Below, one piece after another: positions 36,701 to 50,610 of a stretch of DNA of 64,000 nucleotides. Each line of letters starts with the position of its first letter. Position 1 is the first letter of the stretch. Source of the stretch: the human T2T-CHM13v2.0 reference genome, Homo sapiens; NCBI RefSeq assembly GCF_009914755.1, contig NC_060930.1. The stretch is one strand, 5' to 3'. Under the pieces are notes generated by a model. It saw only the letters and a list, made by a program, of their open reading frames with translations, was not told the origin of the DNA and ran no database searches. The position numbers and the translations under genes were made by a program.

Positions 36701-39700
36701 TGGAAACATTGTTTCTGTAGAATCTGCAAGTGGATATTTGGACCTCTTTGAGGCCTTCGTTGGAAACGGGATTTCTTCCTATAAACCCAGACAGAAGAAT
36801 TCTCAGAGACTTCTTTGTGATGTGTGAATTCAACTCACAGTGTGGATCCTTCCTTTTGATAGAGCAGTTTTGAAACCCTGTTTTTGTAGTATTTCCAAGC
36901 GGATATTTGGAACGCCTTGAAGCGTATGGTAGAAAAGGAAATATCTTCCCATAAAACCTAGACAGAACCAATCTCAGAAACGACTTTGTGATGTCTGCAT
37001 TCAAGTCACAGAGTTGAACATTTCTCTTGATAGAGCAGTTTTGAAACCCTCTTTCTGAAGGATCTGCAAGTGGATATTTGGAACTCCTTTGGGTCTTCGT
37101 TGGAAACGGGATTTCTTCGTATAAATCTAGACAGAAGAATTCTCCGAAACTTCTTTGGTTGTGTGCATTCAAGTCACAGAGTGGAACCTTCCTTTGGATA
37201 GAGCAGTTTGAAACGCCGTGGTTGTAGTATTTCCAAGCGGATATTAGAGCGCCTTGAGGCCTATGGTAGAAAAGGAAATATCTTCCCATAAAACCTAGAC
37301 GGAAGCAATCTCAGAAACTACTGTGTGATGGCTGCATTCCACACACACGGTGGAACATTTCTCTTGATAGAGCAGTTTTGAAACACTCTTTCTGTAGAAT
37401 CTGCAAGTGGATAATTGGACCGCCTTGAGGCCTTCGTTGGAAACGGGATTTCTTCATGTTACTCTAGATAGAAGAATTCTCAAACACTGCTATGTGATGT
37501 TTGCATTCAAGTCACAGAGTGCAACATTCCTCTTGGTAGAGCAGTTGGGAAACACTCCTTTTGTAGAATCTGCAATGGGATATTTGGACTTCTTTGAGGC
37601 CTTCGTTGGAAACGGGATTTCTTCGTATGAATCTAGACAGAAGAATTCTCAGAAACTTCCTTGTGATGTGTGCATTCAACTCAGCGAGTGGCACCTTCCT
37701 TTGGATACAGCAGTTTTGAAACACTGTTTTTGTAGTATTTCCAAGCGGATATTTAGAGCGCCTTGAAGCCTATGCTAGAAATGGAAATATCTCCCCATAA
37801 AACCAAGACGGAAGCAATCTCAGAAACTAATGTGTGATGGCTGCATTCCACACACACGGTGGACCATTTCTCTTGATAGAGCAGTTTTGAAACACTCTTT
37901 CTGTAGAATCTGCAAGTGGATAATTGGACCTCCTAGAGGCCTTCGTTGGAAACGGGATTTCTTCATCTAAACCTACAGAGAAGAATTCTCAGTAACTTCT
38001 TCGGATGTGTGCATTCGACGCACAGAATGGAACATTCCCTTTGATAGAGCAGTTTTGAGACACCGTTTTTGTAGAATTCCCAAGTGGATATTTAGAGCAC
38101 TTTGAAGTCTCTGCTAGAAAAGGAAACATCTTCATGTAAAAAGTAGATAGAATCGTTCTCAGAAAGTGCTTAGTGACGTGTGCGTTCAACTCACAGAGTT
38201 TAACGTTTCTTTTGATAGAGCGTTTCTGAAACACCCTTCTTGTAGTAGCTGCAAGTGGATATTTGGACCTATTGGAGGCCTTCTTTGGAAATGGGATTTC
38301 TTCATGTAACTCTAGATTGAAGAGTTCTCAGAAACTCCTTTGTGATGTGTGCATTCAATTCAAAGAGTGAAACCTCCCTTTTCACAGAGCAGTTTTGAAA
38401 CACTGTTTTTGTAGGATTTCCAAGGGGATATTTATAGCGCATTGAGCCTACGGCGGAAAAAGAAACATCTTCCTATAAAAACTAGACAGAATACTTCTCA
38501 GAATCTGCTTTGCGATGTGTGCGTTCAACTCACAGAGTAAAACTTTTCTTTTGATAGAGCAGTTTTGAAACACTCTTTTTGTAGTATTTGCATGTGTATA
38601 TTTAGAGCGCATTGAAGCCCACAGTAGAAAAGGAAATAACTTCACCTAAAACCTAGACAGAAGCAATCTCAGAAACTACTTTGTGATGTGTACATTCAAC
38701 TCACAGAGTGGAACTTTCCTCTTTATAGAGCAGTGTTGAAACACTCTTTTTGTAGAAACTGCAAGTGGATATTTGGACCTCTTTGAGGCCTTCGTTGGAA
38801 ACGGGATTTCTTCCTATAACCCTAGACAGAAGAATTTTCAGAAACCTCATTGTGATGTGTGCGTTCATCTCACAGAGTGGAGTCTTCCGTTTGATAGAGA
38901 AGTTTTGAAACCCTGTTCTTGTAGGATTTCCAAGTGGATATTTAGACCACTTTGAAGCCTATGATAGAAAAGGAAACATCTTCATGGAAAACATAGATAG
39001 AATCATTCTCAGAAACAACTTTGTGATGTGTGCGTTGAACTCACCGTCTTTAACCTTTCTTTTGGTAGAGAAGTTTTGAAACACTCTCTTTGTAAAGTCT
39101 ACAAGTGGATATTTTGAGCCCTTGGAGGCATTCTTTGGAAAAGGGAATGTCTTCCCATAAAAGGCAGACGGAAGTGTTCTCAGAAACTGCTTTGTGATGT
39201 CTGTGTTCAACTCACAGAGTTTAACATTTCCTTTGATAGAGCGGTTTAGTAACCCTCTCTTTGTAGAATTTGGAAGTGTATACTAAGAGCGCTTTGAGGC
39301 CTATGGTAGAAAAGGAAATATCTTTCCATAAAAGCTAGACAGAAGCAATCTCAGAAACTCCTCTGTGATGTCTGCATTCAACTCACCGAGTGGAACATTC
39401 CTCTTGATAGAGCAGTTTGGAAACACTCTTTCTGTAGAATCAGCTTGTTTGTATTTGGACCTCCTTGAGGCCTTCGTTGGAAACGGGTTTTCATCTTATA
39501 AACCCAGACAGAAGAATTCTCAGAGTCTTCTTTGTGATGTGTGCTTTCAACTCACCGAGATAAAGATTTCTCTTGATAGAGCAATTTGGAAACACTCTTT
39601 TTGTAGAATTTGCAAGGGTACATTGAGAGCGCTTTCAGGCCTATGGTAGAAAAGGGAATATCTTTCCATAAAAGGTAGACAGAAGCAATCTCAGAAACTA

Positions 39701-39900
39701 CTTTGTGATGTGTGCATTCAACTCACCGAGTGCAACGTTCCTCTTGACCGAGCAGTTTGGAAACATTGTTTCTGTAGAATCTGCAAGTGGATATTTGGAC
39801 CTCTTTGAGGCCTTCGTTGGAAACGGGATTTCTTCCTATAAACCCAGACAGAAGAATTCTCAGAGACTTCTTTGTGATGTGTGAATTCAACTCACAGTGT
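33787..39900 (+). repeat. Two canonical 18-mer HORs (apparently identical pair)
   Basis: GGATCC at 33787, 36844, 39901; both carry the same rare SNV set. Confidence 0.93.
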
Positions 39901-42900
39901 GGATCCTTCCTTTTGATAGAGCAGTTTTGAAACCCTGTTTTTGTAGTATTTCCAAGCGGATATTTGGAACGCCTTGAAGCGTATGGTAGAAAAGGAAATA
40001 TCTTCCCATAAAACCTAGACAGAACCAATCTCAGAAACGACTTTGTGATGTCTGCATTCAAGTCACAGAGTTGAACATTTCTCTTGATAGAGCAGTTTTG
40101 AAACCCTCTTTCTGAAGGATCTGCAAGTGGATATTTGGAACTCCTTTGGGTCTTCGTTGGAAACGGGATTTCTTCGTATAAATCTAGACAGAAGAATTCT
40201 CAGAAACTTCCTTGTGATGTGTGCATTCAACTCAGCGAGTGGCACCTTCCTTTGGATACAGCAGTTTTGAAACACTGTTTTTGTAGTATTTCCAAGCGGA
40301 TATTTAGAGCGCCTTGAAGCCTATGCTAGAAATGGAAATATCTCCCCATAAAACCAAGACAGAAGCAATCTCAGAAACTAATGTGTGATGGCTGCATTCC
40401 ACACACACGGTGGACCATTTCTCTTGATAGAGCAGTTTTGAAACACTCTTTCTGTAGAATCTGCAAGTGGATAATTGGACCTCCTAGAGGCCTTCGTTGG
40501 AAACGGGATTTCTTCATCTAAACCTACAGAGAAGTATTCTCAGTAACTTCTTCGGATGTGTGCATTCGACGCACAGAATGGAACATTCCCTTTGATAGAG
40601 CAGTTTTGAGACACCGTTTTTGTAGAATTCCCAAGTGGATATTTAGAGCACTTTGAAGTCTCTGCTAGAAAAGGAAACATCTTCATGTAAAAAGTAGATA
40701 GAATCGTTCTCAGAAAGTGCTTAGTGTCGTGTGCGTTCAACTCACAGAGTTTAACGTTTCTTTTGATAGAGCGTTTCTGAAACACCCTTCTTGTAGTAGC
40801 TGCAAGTAGATATTTGGACCTATTGGAGGCCTTCTTTGGAAATGGGATTTCTTCATGTAACTCTAGAGTGAAGAATTCTCAGAAACTCCTTTGTGATGTG
40901 TGCATTCAATTCAAAGAGTGAAACCTCTCTTTTCACAGAGCAGTTTTGAAACACTGTTTTTGTAGGATTTCCAAGGGGATATTTATAGCGCATTGAGCCT
41001 ACGGCGGAAAAAGAAACATCTTCCTATAAAAACTAGACAGAATACTTCTCAGAATCTGCTTTGCGATGTGTGCGTTCAACTCACAGAGTAAAACTTTTCT
41101 TTTGATAGAGCAGTTTTGAAACACTCTTTTTGTAGTATTTGCATGTGTATATTTAGAGCGCATTGAAGCCCACAGTAGAAAAGGAAATAACTTCACCTAA
41201 AACCTAGACAGAAGCAATCACAGAAACTACTTTGTGATGTGTACATTCAACTCACAGAGTGGAACTTTCCTCTTTATAGAGCAGTGTTGAAACACTCTTT
41301 TTGTAGAAACTGCAAGTGGATATTTGGACCTCTTTGAGGCCTTCGTTGGAAACGGGATTTCTTCCTATAACCCTAGACAGAAGAATTTTCAGAAACCTCA
41401 TTGTGATGTGTGCGTTCATCTCACAGAGTGGAGTCTTCCGTTTGATAGAGAAGTTTTGAAACCCTGTTCTTGTAGGATTTCCAAGTGGATATTTAGACCA
41501 CTTTGAAGCCTATGATAGAAAAGGAAACATCTTCATGGAAAACATAGATAGAATCATCCTCAGAAACAACTTTGTGATGTGTGCGTTGAACTCACCGTCT
41601 TTAACCTTTCTTTTGGTAGAGAAGTTTTGAAACACTCTCTTTGTAAAGTCTACAAGTGGATATTTTGAGCCCTTGGAGGCATTCTTTGGAAAAGGGAATG
41701 TCTTCACATAAAAGGCAGACGGAAGTGTTCTCAGAAACTGCTTTGTGATGTCTGTGTTCAACTCACAGAGTTTAACATTTCCTTTGATAGAGCGGTTTAG
41801 TAACCCTCTCTTTGTAGAATTTGGAAGTGTATACTAAGAGCGCTTTGAGGCCTATGGTAGAAAAGGAAATATCTTTCCATAAAAGCTAGACAGAAGCAAT
41901 CTCAGAAACTCCTCTGTGATGTCTGCATTCAACTCACCGAGTGGAACATTCCTCTTGATAGAGCAGTTTGGAAACACTCTTTCTGTAGAATCAGCTTGTT
42001 TGTATTTGGACCTCCTTGAGGCCTTCGTTGGAAACGGGTTTTCATCTTATAAACCCAGACAGAAGAATTCTCAGAGTCTTCTTTGTGATGTGTGCTTTCA
42101 ACTCACCGAGATAAAGATTTCTCTTGATAGAGCAATTTGGAAACACTCTTTTTGTAGAATTTGCAAGGGTACATTGAGAGCGCTTTCAGGCCTATGGTAG
42201 AAAAGGGAATATCTTTCCATAAAAGGTAGACAGAAGCAATCTCAGAAACTACTTTGTGATGTGTGCATTCAACTCACCGAGTGCAACGTTCCTCTTGACC
42301 GAGCAGTTTGGAAACATTGTTTCTGTAGAATCTGCAAGTGGATATTTGGACCTCTTTGAGGCCTTCGTTGGAAACGGGATTTCTTCCTATAAACCCAGAC
42401 AGAAGAATTCTCAGAGACTTCTTTGTGATGTGTGAATTCAACTCACAGTGTGGATCCTTCCTTTTGATAGAGCAGTTTTGAAACCCTGTTTTTGTAGTAT
42501 TTCCAAGCGGATATTTGGAACGCCTTGAAGCGTATGGTAGAAAAGGAAATATCTTCCCATAAAACCTAGACAGAACCAATCTCAGAAACGACTTTGTGAT
42601 GTCTGCATTCAAGTCACAGAGTTGAACATTTCTCTTGATAGAGCAGTTTTGAAACCCTCTTTCTGAAGGATCTGCAAGTGGATATTTGGAACTCCTTTGG
42701 GTCTTCGTTGGAAACGGGATTTCTTCGTATAAATCTAGACAGAAGAATTCTCAGAAACTTCCTTGTGATGAGTGCATTCAACTCAGCGAGTGGCACCTTC
42801 CTTTGGATACAGCAGTTTTGAAACACTGTTTTTGTAGTATTTCCAAGCGGATATTTAGAGCGCCTTGAAGCCTATGCTAGAAATGGAAATATCTCCCCAT

Positions 42901-45900
42901 AAAACCAAGACGGAAGCAATCTCAGAAACTAATGTGTGATGGCTGCATTCCACACACACGGTGGACCATTTCTCTTGATAGAGCAGTTTTGAAACACTCT
43001 TTCTGTAGAATCTGCAAGTGGATAATTGGACCTCCTAGAGGCCTTCGTTGGAAACGGGATTTCTTCATCTAAACCTACAGAGAAGTATTCTCAGTAACTT
43101 CTTCGGATGTGTGCATTCGACGCACAGAATGGAACATTCCCTTTGATAGAGCAGTTTTGAGACACCGTTTTTGTAGAATTCCCAAGTGGATATTTAGAGC
43201 ACTTTGAAGTCTCTGCTAGAAAAGGAAACATCTTCATGTAAAAAGTAGATAGAATCGTTCTCAGAAAGTGCTTAGTGTCGTGTGCGTTCAACTCACAGAG
43301 TTTAACGTTTCTTTTGATAGAGCGTTTCTGAAACACCCTTCTTGTAGTAGCTGCAAGTGGATATTTGGACCTATTGGAGGCCTTCTTTGGAAATGGGATT
43401 TCTTCATGTAACTCTAGAGTGAAGAATTCTCAGAAACTCCTTTGTGATGTGTGCATTCAATTCAAAGAGTGAAACCTCTCTTTTCACAGAGCAGTTTTGA
43501 AACACTGTTTTTGTAGGATTTCCAAGGGGATATTTATAGCGCATTGAGCCTACGGCGGAAAAAGAAACATCTTCCTATAAAAACTAGACAGAATACTTCT
43601 CAGAATCTGCTTTGCGATGTGTGCGTTCAACTCACAGAGTAAAACTTTTCTTTTGATAGAGCAGTTTTGAAACACTCTTTTTGTAGTATTTGCATGTGTA
43701 TATTTAGAGCGCATTGAAGCCCACAGTAGAAAAGGAAATAACTTCACCTAAAACCTAGACAGAAGCAATCACAGAAACTACTTTGTGATGTGTACATTCA
43801 ACTCACAGAGTGGAACTTTCCTCTTTATAGAGCAGTGTTGAAACACTCTTTTTGTAGAAACTGCAAGTGGATATTTGGACCTCTTTGAGGCCTTCGTTGG
43901 AAACGGGATTTCTTCCTATAACCCTAGACAGAAGAATTTTCAGAAACCTCATTGTGATGTGTGTGTTCATCTCACAGAGTGGAGTCTTCCGTTTGATAGA
44001 GAAGTTTTGAAACCCTGTTCTTGTAGGATTTCCAAGTGGATATTTAGACCACTTTGAAGCCTATGATAGAAAAGGAAACATCTTCATGGAAAACATAGAT
44101 AGAATCATCCTCAGAAACAACTTTGTGATGTGTGCGTTGAACTCACCGTCTTTAACCTTTCTTTTGGTAGAGAAGTTTTGAAACACTCTCTTTGTAAAGT
44201 CTACAAGTGGATATTTTGAGCCCTTGGAGGCATTCTTTGGAAAAGGGAATGTCTTCACATAAAAGGCAGACGGAAGTGTTCTCAGAAACTGCTTTGTGAT
44301 GTCTGTGTTCAACTCACAGAGTTTAACATTTCCTTTGATAGAGCGGTTTAGTAACCCTCTCTTTGTAGAATTTGGAAGTGTATACTAAGAGCGCTTTGAG
44401 GCCTATGGTAGAAAAGGAAATATCTTTCCATAAAAGCTAGACAGAAGCAATCTCAGAAACTCCTTTGCGATGTCTGCATTCAACTCACCGAGTGGAACAT
44501 TCCTCTTGAGAGAGCAGTTTGGAAACACTCTTTCTGTAGAATCAGCTTGTTTGTATTTGGACCTCCTTGAGGCCTTCGTTGGAAACGGGTTTTCATCTTA
44601 TAAACCCAGACAGAAGAATTCTCAGAGTCTTCTTTGTGATGTGTGCTTTCAACTCACCGAGATAAAGATTTCTCTTGATAGAGCAATTTGGAAACACTCT
44701 TTTTGTAGAATTTGCAAGGGTACATTGAGAGCGCTTTCAGGCCTATGGTAGAAAAGGGAATATCTTTCCATAAAAGGTAGACAGAAGCAATCTCAGAAAC
44801 TACTTTGTGATGTGTGCATTCAACTCACCGAGTGCAACGTTCCTCTTGACCGAGCAGTTTGGAAACATTGTTTCTGTAGAATCTGCAAGTGGATATTTGG
44901 ACCTCTTTGAGGCCTTCGTTGGAAACGGGATTTCTTCCTATAAACCCAGACAGAAGAATTCTCAGAGACTTCTTTGTGATGTGTGAATTCAACTCACAGT
45001 GTGGATCCTTCCTTTTGATAGAGCAGTTTTGAAACCCTGTTTTTGTAGTATTTCCAAGCGGATATTTGGAACGCCTTGAAGCGTATGGTAGAAAAGGAAA
45101 TATCTTCCCATAAAACCTAGACAGAACCAATCTCAGAAACGACTTTGTGATGTCTGCATTCAAGTCACAGAGTTGAACATTTCTCTTGATAGAGCAGTTT
45201 TGAAACCCTCTTTCTGAAGGATCTGCAAGTGGATATTTGGAACTCCTTTGGGTCTTCGTTGGAAACGGGATTTCTTCGTATAAATCTAGACAGAAGAATT
45301 CTCAGAAACTTCCTTGTGATGAGTGCATTCAACTCAGCGAGTGGCACCTTCCTTTGGATACAGCAGTTTTGAAACACTGTTTTTGTAGTATTTCCAAGCG
45401 GATATTTAGAGCGCCTTGAAGCCTATGCTAGAAATGGAAATATCTCCCCATAAAACCAAGACGGAAGCAATCTCAGAAACTAATGTGTGATGGCTGCATT
45501 CCACACACACGGTGGACCATTTCTCTTGATAGAGCAGTTTTGAAACACTCTTTCTGTAGAATCTGCAAGTGGATAATTGGACCTCCTAGAGGCCTTCGTT
45601 GGAAACGGGATTTCTTCATCTAAACCTACAGAGAAGTATTCTCAGTAACTTCTTCGGATGTGTGCATTCGACGCACAGAATGGAACATTCCCTTTGATAG
45701 AGCAGTTTTGAGACACCGTTTTTGTAGAATTCCCAAGTGGATATTTAGAGCACTTTGAAGTCTCTGCTAGAAAAGGAAACATCTTCATGTAAAAAGTAGA
45801 TAGAATCGTTCTCAGAAAGTGCTTAGTGTTGTGTGCGTTCAACTCACAGAGTTTAACGTTTCTTTTGATAGAGCGTTTCTGAAACACCCTTCTTGTAGTA

Positions 45901-47553
45901 GCTGCAAGTGGATATTTGGACCTATTGGAGGCCTTCTTTGGAAATGGGATTTCTTCATGTAACTCTAGATTGAAGAATTCTCAGAAACTCCTTTGTGATG
46001 TGTGCATTCAATTCAAAGAGTGAAACCTCTCTTTTCACAGAGCAGTTTTGAAACACTGTTTTTGTAGGATTTCCAAGGGGATATTTATAGCGCATTGAGC
46101 CTACGGCGGAAAAAGAAACATCTTCCTATAAAAACTAGACAGAATACTTCTCAGAATCTGCTTTGCGATGTGTGCGTTCAACTCACAGAGTAAAACTTTT
46201 CTTTTGATAGAGCAGTTTTGAAACACTCTTTTTGTAGTATTTGCATGTGTATATTTAGAGCGCATTGAAGCCCACAGTAGAAAAGGAAATAACTTCACCT
46301 AAAACCTAGACAGAAGCAATCTCAGAAACTACTTTGTGATGTGTACATTCAACTCACAGAGTGGAACTTTCCTCTTTATAGAGCAGTGTTGAAACACTCT
46401 TTTTGTAGAAACTGCAAGTGGATATTTGGACCTCTTTGAGGCCTTCGTTGGAAACGGGATTTCTTCCTATAACCCTAGACAGAAGAATTTTCAGAAACCT
46501 CATTGTGATGTGTGCGTTCATCTCACAGAGTGGAGTCTTCCGTTTGATAGAGAAGTTTTGAAACCCTGTTCTTGTAGGATTTCCAAGTGGATATTTAGAC
46601 CACTTTGAAGCCTATGATAGAAAAGGAAACATCTTCATGGAAAACATAGATAGAATCATCCTCAGAAACAACTTTGTGATGTGTGCGTTGAACTCACCGT
46701 CTTTAACCTTTCTTTTGGTAGAGAAGTTTTGAAACACTCTCTTTGTAAAGTCTACAAGTGGATATTTTGAGCCCTTGGAGGCATTCTTTGGAAAAGGGAA
46801 TGTCTTCACATAAAAGGCAGACGGAAGTGTTCTCAGAAACTGCTTTGTGATGTCTGTGTTCAACTCACAGAGTTTAACATTTCCTTTGATAGAGCGGTTT
46901 AGTAACCCTCTCTTTGTAGAATTTGGAAGTGTATACTAAGAGCGCTTTGAGGCCTATGGTAGAAAAGGAAATATCTTTCCATAAAAGCTAGACAGAAGCA
47001 ATCTCAGAAACTCCTCTGTGATGTCTGCATTCAACTCACCGAGTGGAACATTCCTCTTGAGAGAGCAGTTTGGAAACACTCTTTCTGTAGAATCAGCTTG
47101 TTTGTATTTGGACCTCCTTGAGGCCTTCGTTGGAAACGGGTTTTCATCTTATAAACCCAGACAGAAGAATTCTCAGAGTCTTCTTTGTGATGTGTGCTTT
47201 CAACTCACCGAGATAAAGATTTCTCTTGATAGAGCAATTTGGAAACACTCTTTTTGTAGAATTTGCAAGGGTACATTGAGAGCGCTTTCAGGCCTATGGT
47301 AGAAAAGGGAATATCTTTCCATAAAAGGTAGACAGAAGCAATCTCAGAAACTACTTTGTGATGTGTGCATTCAACTCACCGAGTGCAACGTTCCTCTTGA
47401 CCGAGCAGTTTGGAAACATTGTTTCTGTAGAATCTGCAAGTGGATATTTGGACCTCTTTGAGGCCTTCGTTGGAAACGGGATTTCTTCCTATAAACCCAG
47501 ACAGAAGAATTCTCAGAGACTTCTTTGTGATGTGTGAATTCAACTCACAGTGT
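39901..47553 (+). repeat. Three 15-mer HORs type a
   Basis: GGATCC at 39901, 42452, 45003, 47554 (2551 spacing). Confidence 0.93.
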
Positions 47554-50500
47554 GGATCCTTCCTTTTGATAGAGCAGTTTTGAAACCCTGTTTTTGTAGT
47601 ATTTCCAAGCGGATATTTGGAACGCCTTGAAGCGTATGGTAGAAAAGGAAATATCTTCCCATAAAACCTAGACAGAACCAATCTCAGAAACGACTTTGTG
47701 ATGTCTGCATTCAAGTCACAGAGTTGAACATTTCTCTTGATAGAGCAGTTTTGAAACCCTCTTTCTGAAGGATCTGCAAGTGGATATTTGGAACTCCTTT
47801 GGGTCTTCGTTGGAAACGGGATTTCTTCGTATAAATCTAGACAGAAGAATTCTCCGAAACTTCTTTGGTTGTGTGCATTCAAGTCACAGAGTGGAACCTT
47901 CCTTTGGATAGAGCAGTTTGAAACGCCGTGGTTGTAGTATTTCCAAGCGGATATTAGAGCGCCTTGAGGCCTATGGTAGAAAAGGAAATATCTTCCCATA
48001 AAACCTAGACGGAAGCAATCTCAGAAACTACTGTGTGATGGCTGCATTCCACACACACGGTGGAACATTTCTCTTGATAGAGCAGTTTTGAAACACTCTT
48101 TCTGTAGAATCTGCAAGTGGATAATTGGACCGCCTTGAGGCCTTCGTTGGAAACGGGATTTCTTCATGTTACTCTAGATAGAAGAATTCTCAAACACTGC
48201 TATGTGATGTTTGCATTCAAGTCACAGAGTGCAACATTCCTCTTGGTAGAGCAGTTGGGAAACACTCCTTTTGTAGAATCTGCAATGGGATATTTGGACT
48301 TCTTTGAGGCCTTCGTTGGAAACGGGATTTCTTCGTATGAATCTAGACAGAAGAATTCTCAGAAACTTCCTTGTGATGTGTGCATTCAACTCAGCGAGTG
48401 GCACCTTCCTTTGGATACAGCAGTTTTGAAACACTGTTTTTGTAGTATTTCCAAGCGGATATTTAGAGCGCCTTGAAGCCTATGCTAGAAATGGAAATAT
48501 CTCCCCATAAAACCAAGACAGAAGCAATCTCAGAAACTAATGTGTGATGGCTGCATTCCACACACACGGTGGACCATTTCTCTTGATAGAGCAGTTTTGA
48601 AACACTCTTTCTGTAGAATCTGCAAGTGGATAATTGGACCTCCTAGAGGCCTTCGTTGGAAACGGGATTTCTTCATCTAAACCTACAGAAAAGAATTCTC
48701 AGTAACTTCTTCGGATGTGTGCATTCGACTCACAGAATGGAACATTCCCTTTGATAGAGCAGTTTTGAGACACCGTTTTTGTAGAATTCCCAAGTGGATA
48801 TTTAGAGCACTTTGAAGTCTCTGCTAGAAAAGGAAACATCTTCATGTAAAAAGTAGATAGAATCGTTCTCAGAAAGTGCTTAGTGACGTGTGCGTTCAAC
48901 TCACAGAGTTTAACGTTTCTTTTGATAGAGCGTTTCTGAAACACCCTTCTTGTAGTAGCTGCAAGTGGATATTTGGACCTATTGGAGGCCTTCTTTGGAA
49001 ATGGGATTTCTTCATGTAACTCTAGATTGAAGAGTTCTCAGAAACTCCTTTGTGATGTGTGCATTCAATTCAAAGAGTGAAACCTCCCTTTTCACAGAGC
49101 AGTTTTGAAACACTGTTTTTGTAGGATTTCCAAGGGGATATTTATAGCGCATTGAGCCTACGGCGGAAAAAGAAACATCTTCCTATAAAAACTAGACAGA
49201 ATACTTCTCAGAATCTGCTTTGCGATGTGTGCGTTCAACTCACAGAGTAAAACTTTTCTTTTGATAGAGCAGTTTTGAAACACTCTTTTTGTAGTATTTG
49301 CATGTGTATATTTAGAGCGCATTGAAGCCCACAGTAGAAAAGGAAATAACTTCACCTAAAACCTAGACAGAAGCAATCACAGAAACTACTTTGTGATGTG
49401 TACATTCAACTCACAGAGTGGAACTTTCCTCTTTATAGAGCAGTGTTGAAACACTCTTTTTGTAGAAACTGCAAGTGGATATTTGGACCTCTTTGAGGCC
49501 TTCGTTGGAAACGGGATTTCTTCCTATAACCCTAGACAGAAGAATTTTCAGAAACCTCATTGTGATGTGTGCGTTCATCTCACAGAGTGGAGTCTTCCGT
49601 TTGATAGAGAAGTTTTGAAACCCTGTTCTTGTAGGATTTCCAAGTGGATATTTAGACCACTTTGAAGCCTATGATAGAAAAGGAAACATCTTCATGGAAA
49701 ACATAGATAGAATCATCCTCAGAAACAACTTTGTGATGTGTGCGTTGAACTCACCGTCTTTAACCTTTCTTTTGGTAGAGAAGTTTTGAAACACTCTCTT
49801 TGTAAAGTCTACAAGTGGATATTTTGAGCCCTTGGAGGCATTCTTTGGAAAAGGGAATGCCTTCACATAAAAGGCAGACGGAAGTGTTCTCAGAAACTGC
49901 TTTGTGATGTCTGTGTTCAACTCACAGAGTTTAACATTTCCTTTGATAGAGCGGTTTAGTAACCCTCTCTTTGTAGAATTTGGAAGTGTATACTAAGAGC
50001 GCTTTGAGGCCTATGGTAGAAAAGGAAATATCTTTCCATAAAAGCTAGACAGAAGCAATCTCAGAAACTCCTCTGTGATGTCTGCATTCAACTCACCGAG
50101 TGGAACATTCCTCTTGAGAGAGCAGTTTGGAAACACTCTTTCTGTAGAATCAGCTTGTTTGTATTTGGACCTCCTTGAGGCCTTCGTTGGAAACGGGTTT
50201 TCATCTTATAAACCCAGACAGAAGAATTCTCAGAGTCTTCTTTGTGATGTGTGCTTTCAACTCACCGAGATAAAGATTTCTCTTGATAGAGCAATTTGGA
50301 AACACTCTTTTTGTAGAATTTGCAAGGGTACATTGAGAGCGCTTTCAGGCCTATGGTAGAAAAGGAAATATCTTTCCATAAAAGGTAGACAGAAGCAATC
50401 TCAGAAACTACTTTGTGATGTGTGCATTCAACTCACCGAGTGCAACGTTCCTCTTGACCGAGCAGTTTGGAAACATTGTTTCTGTAGAATCTGCAAGTGG

Positions 50501-50610
50501 ATATTTGGACCTCTTTGAGGCCTTCGTTGGAAACGGGATTTCTTCCTATAAACCCAGACAGAAGAATTCTCAGAGACTTCTTTGTGATGTGTGAATTCAA
50601 CTCACAGTGT
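47554..50610 (+). repeat. Canonical 18-mer HOR
   Basis: 3057-bp BamHI spacing. Confidence 0.93.
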
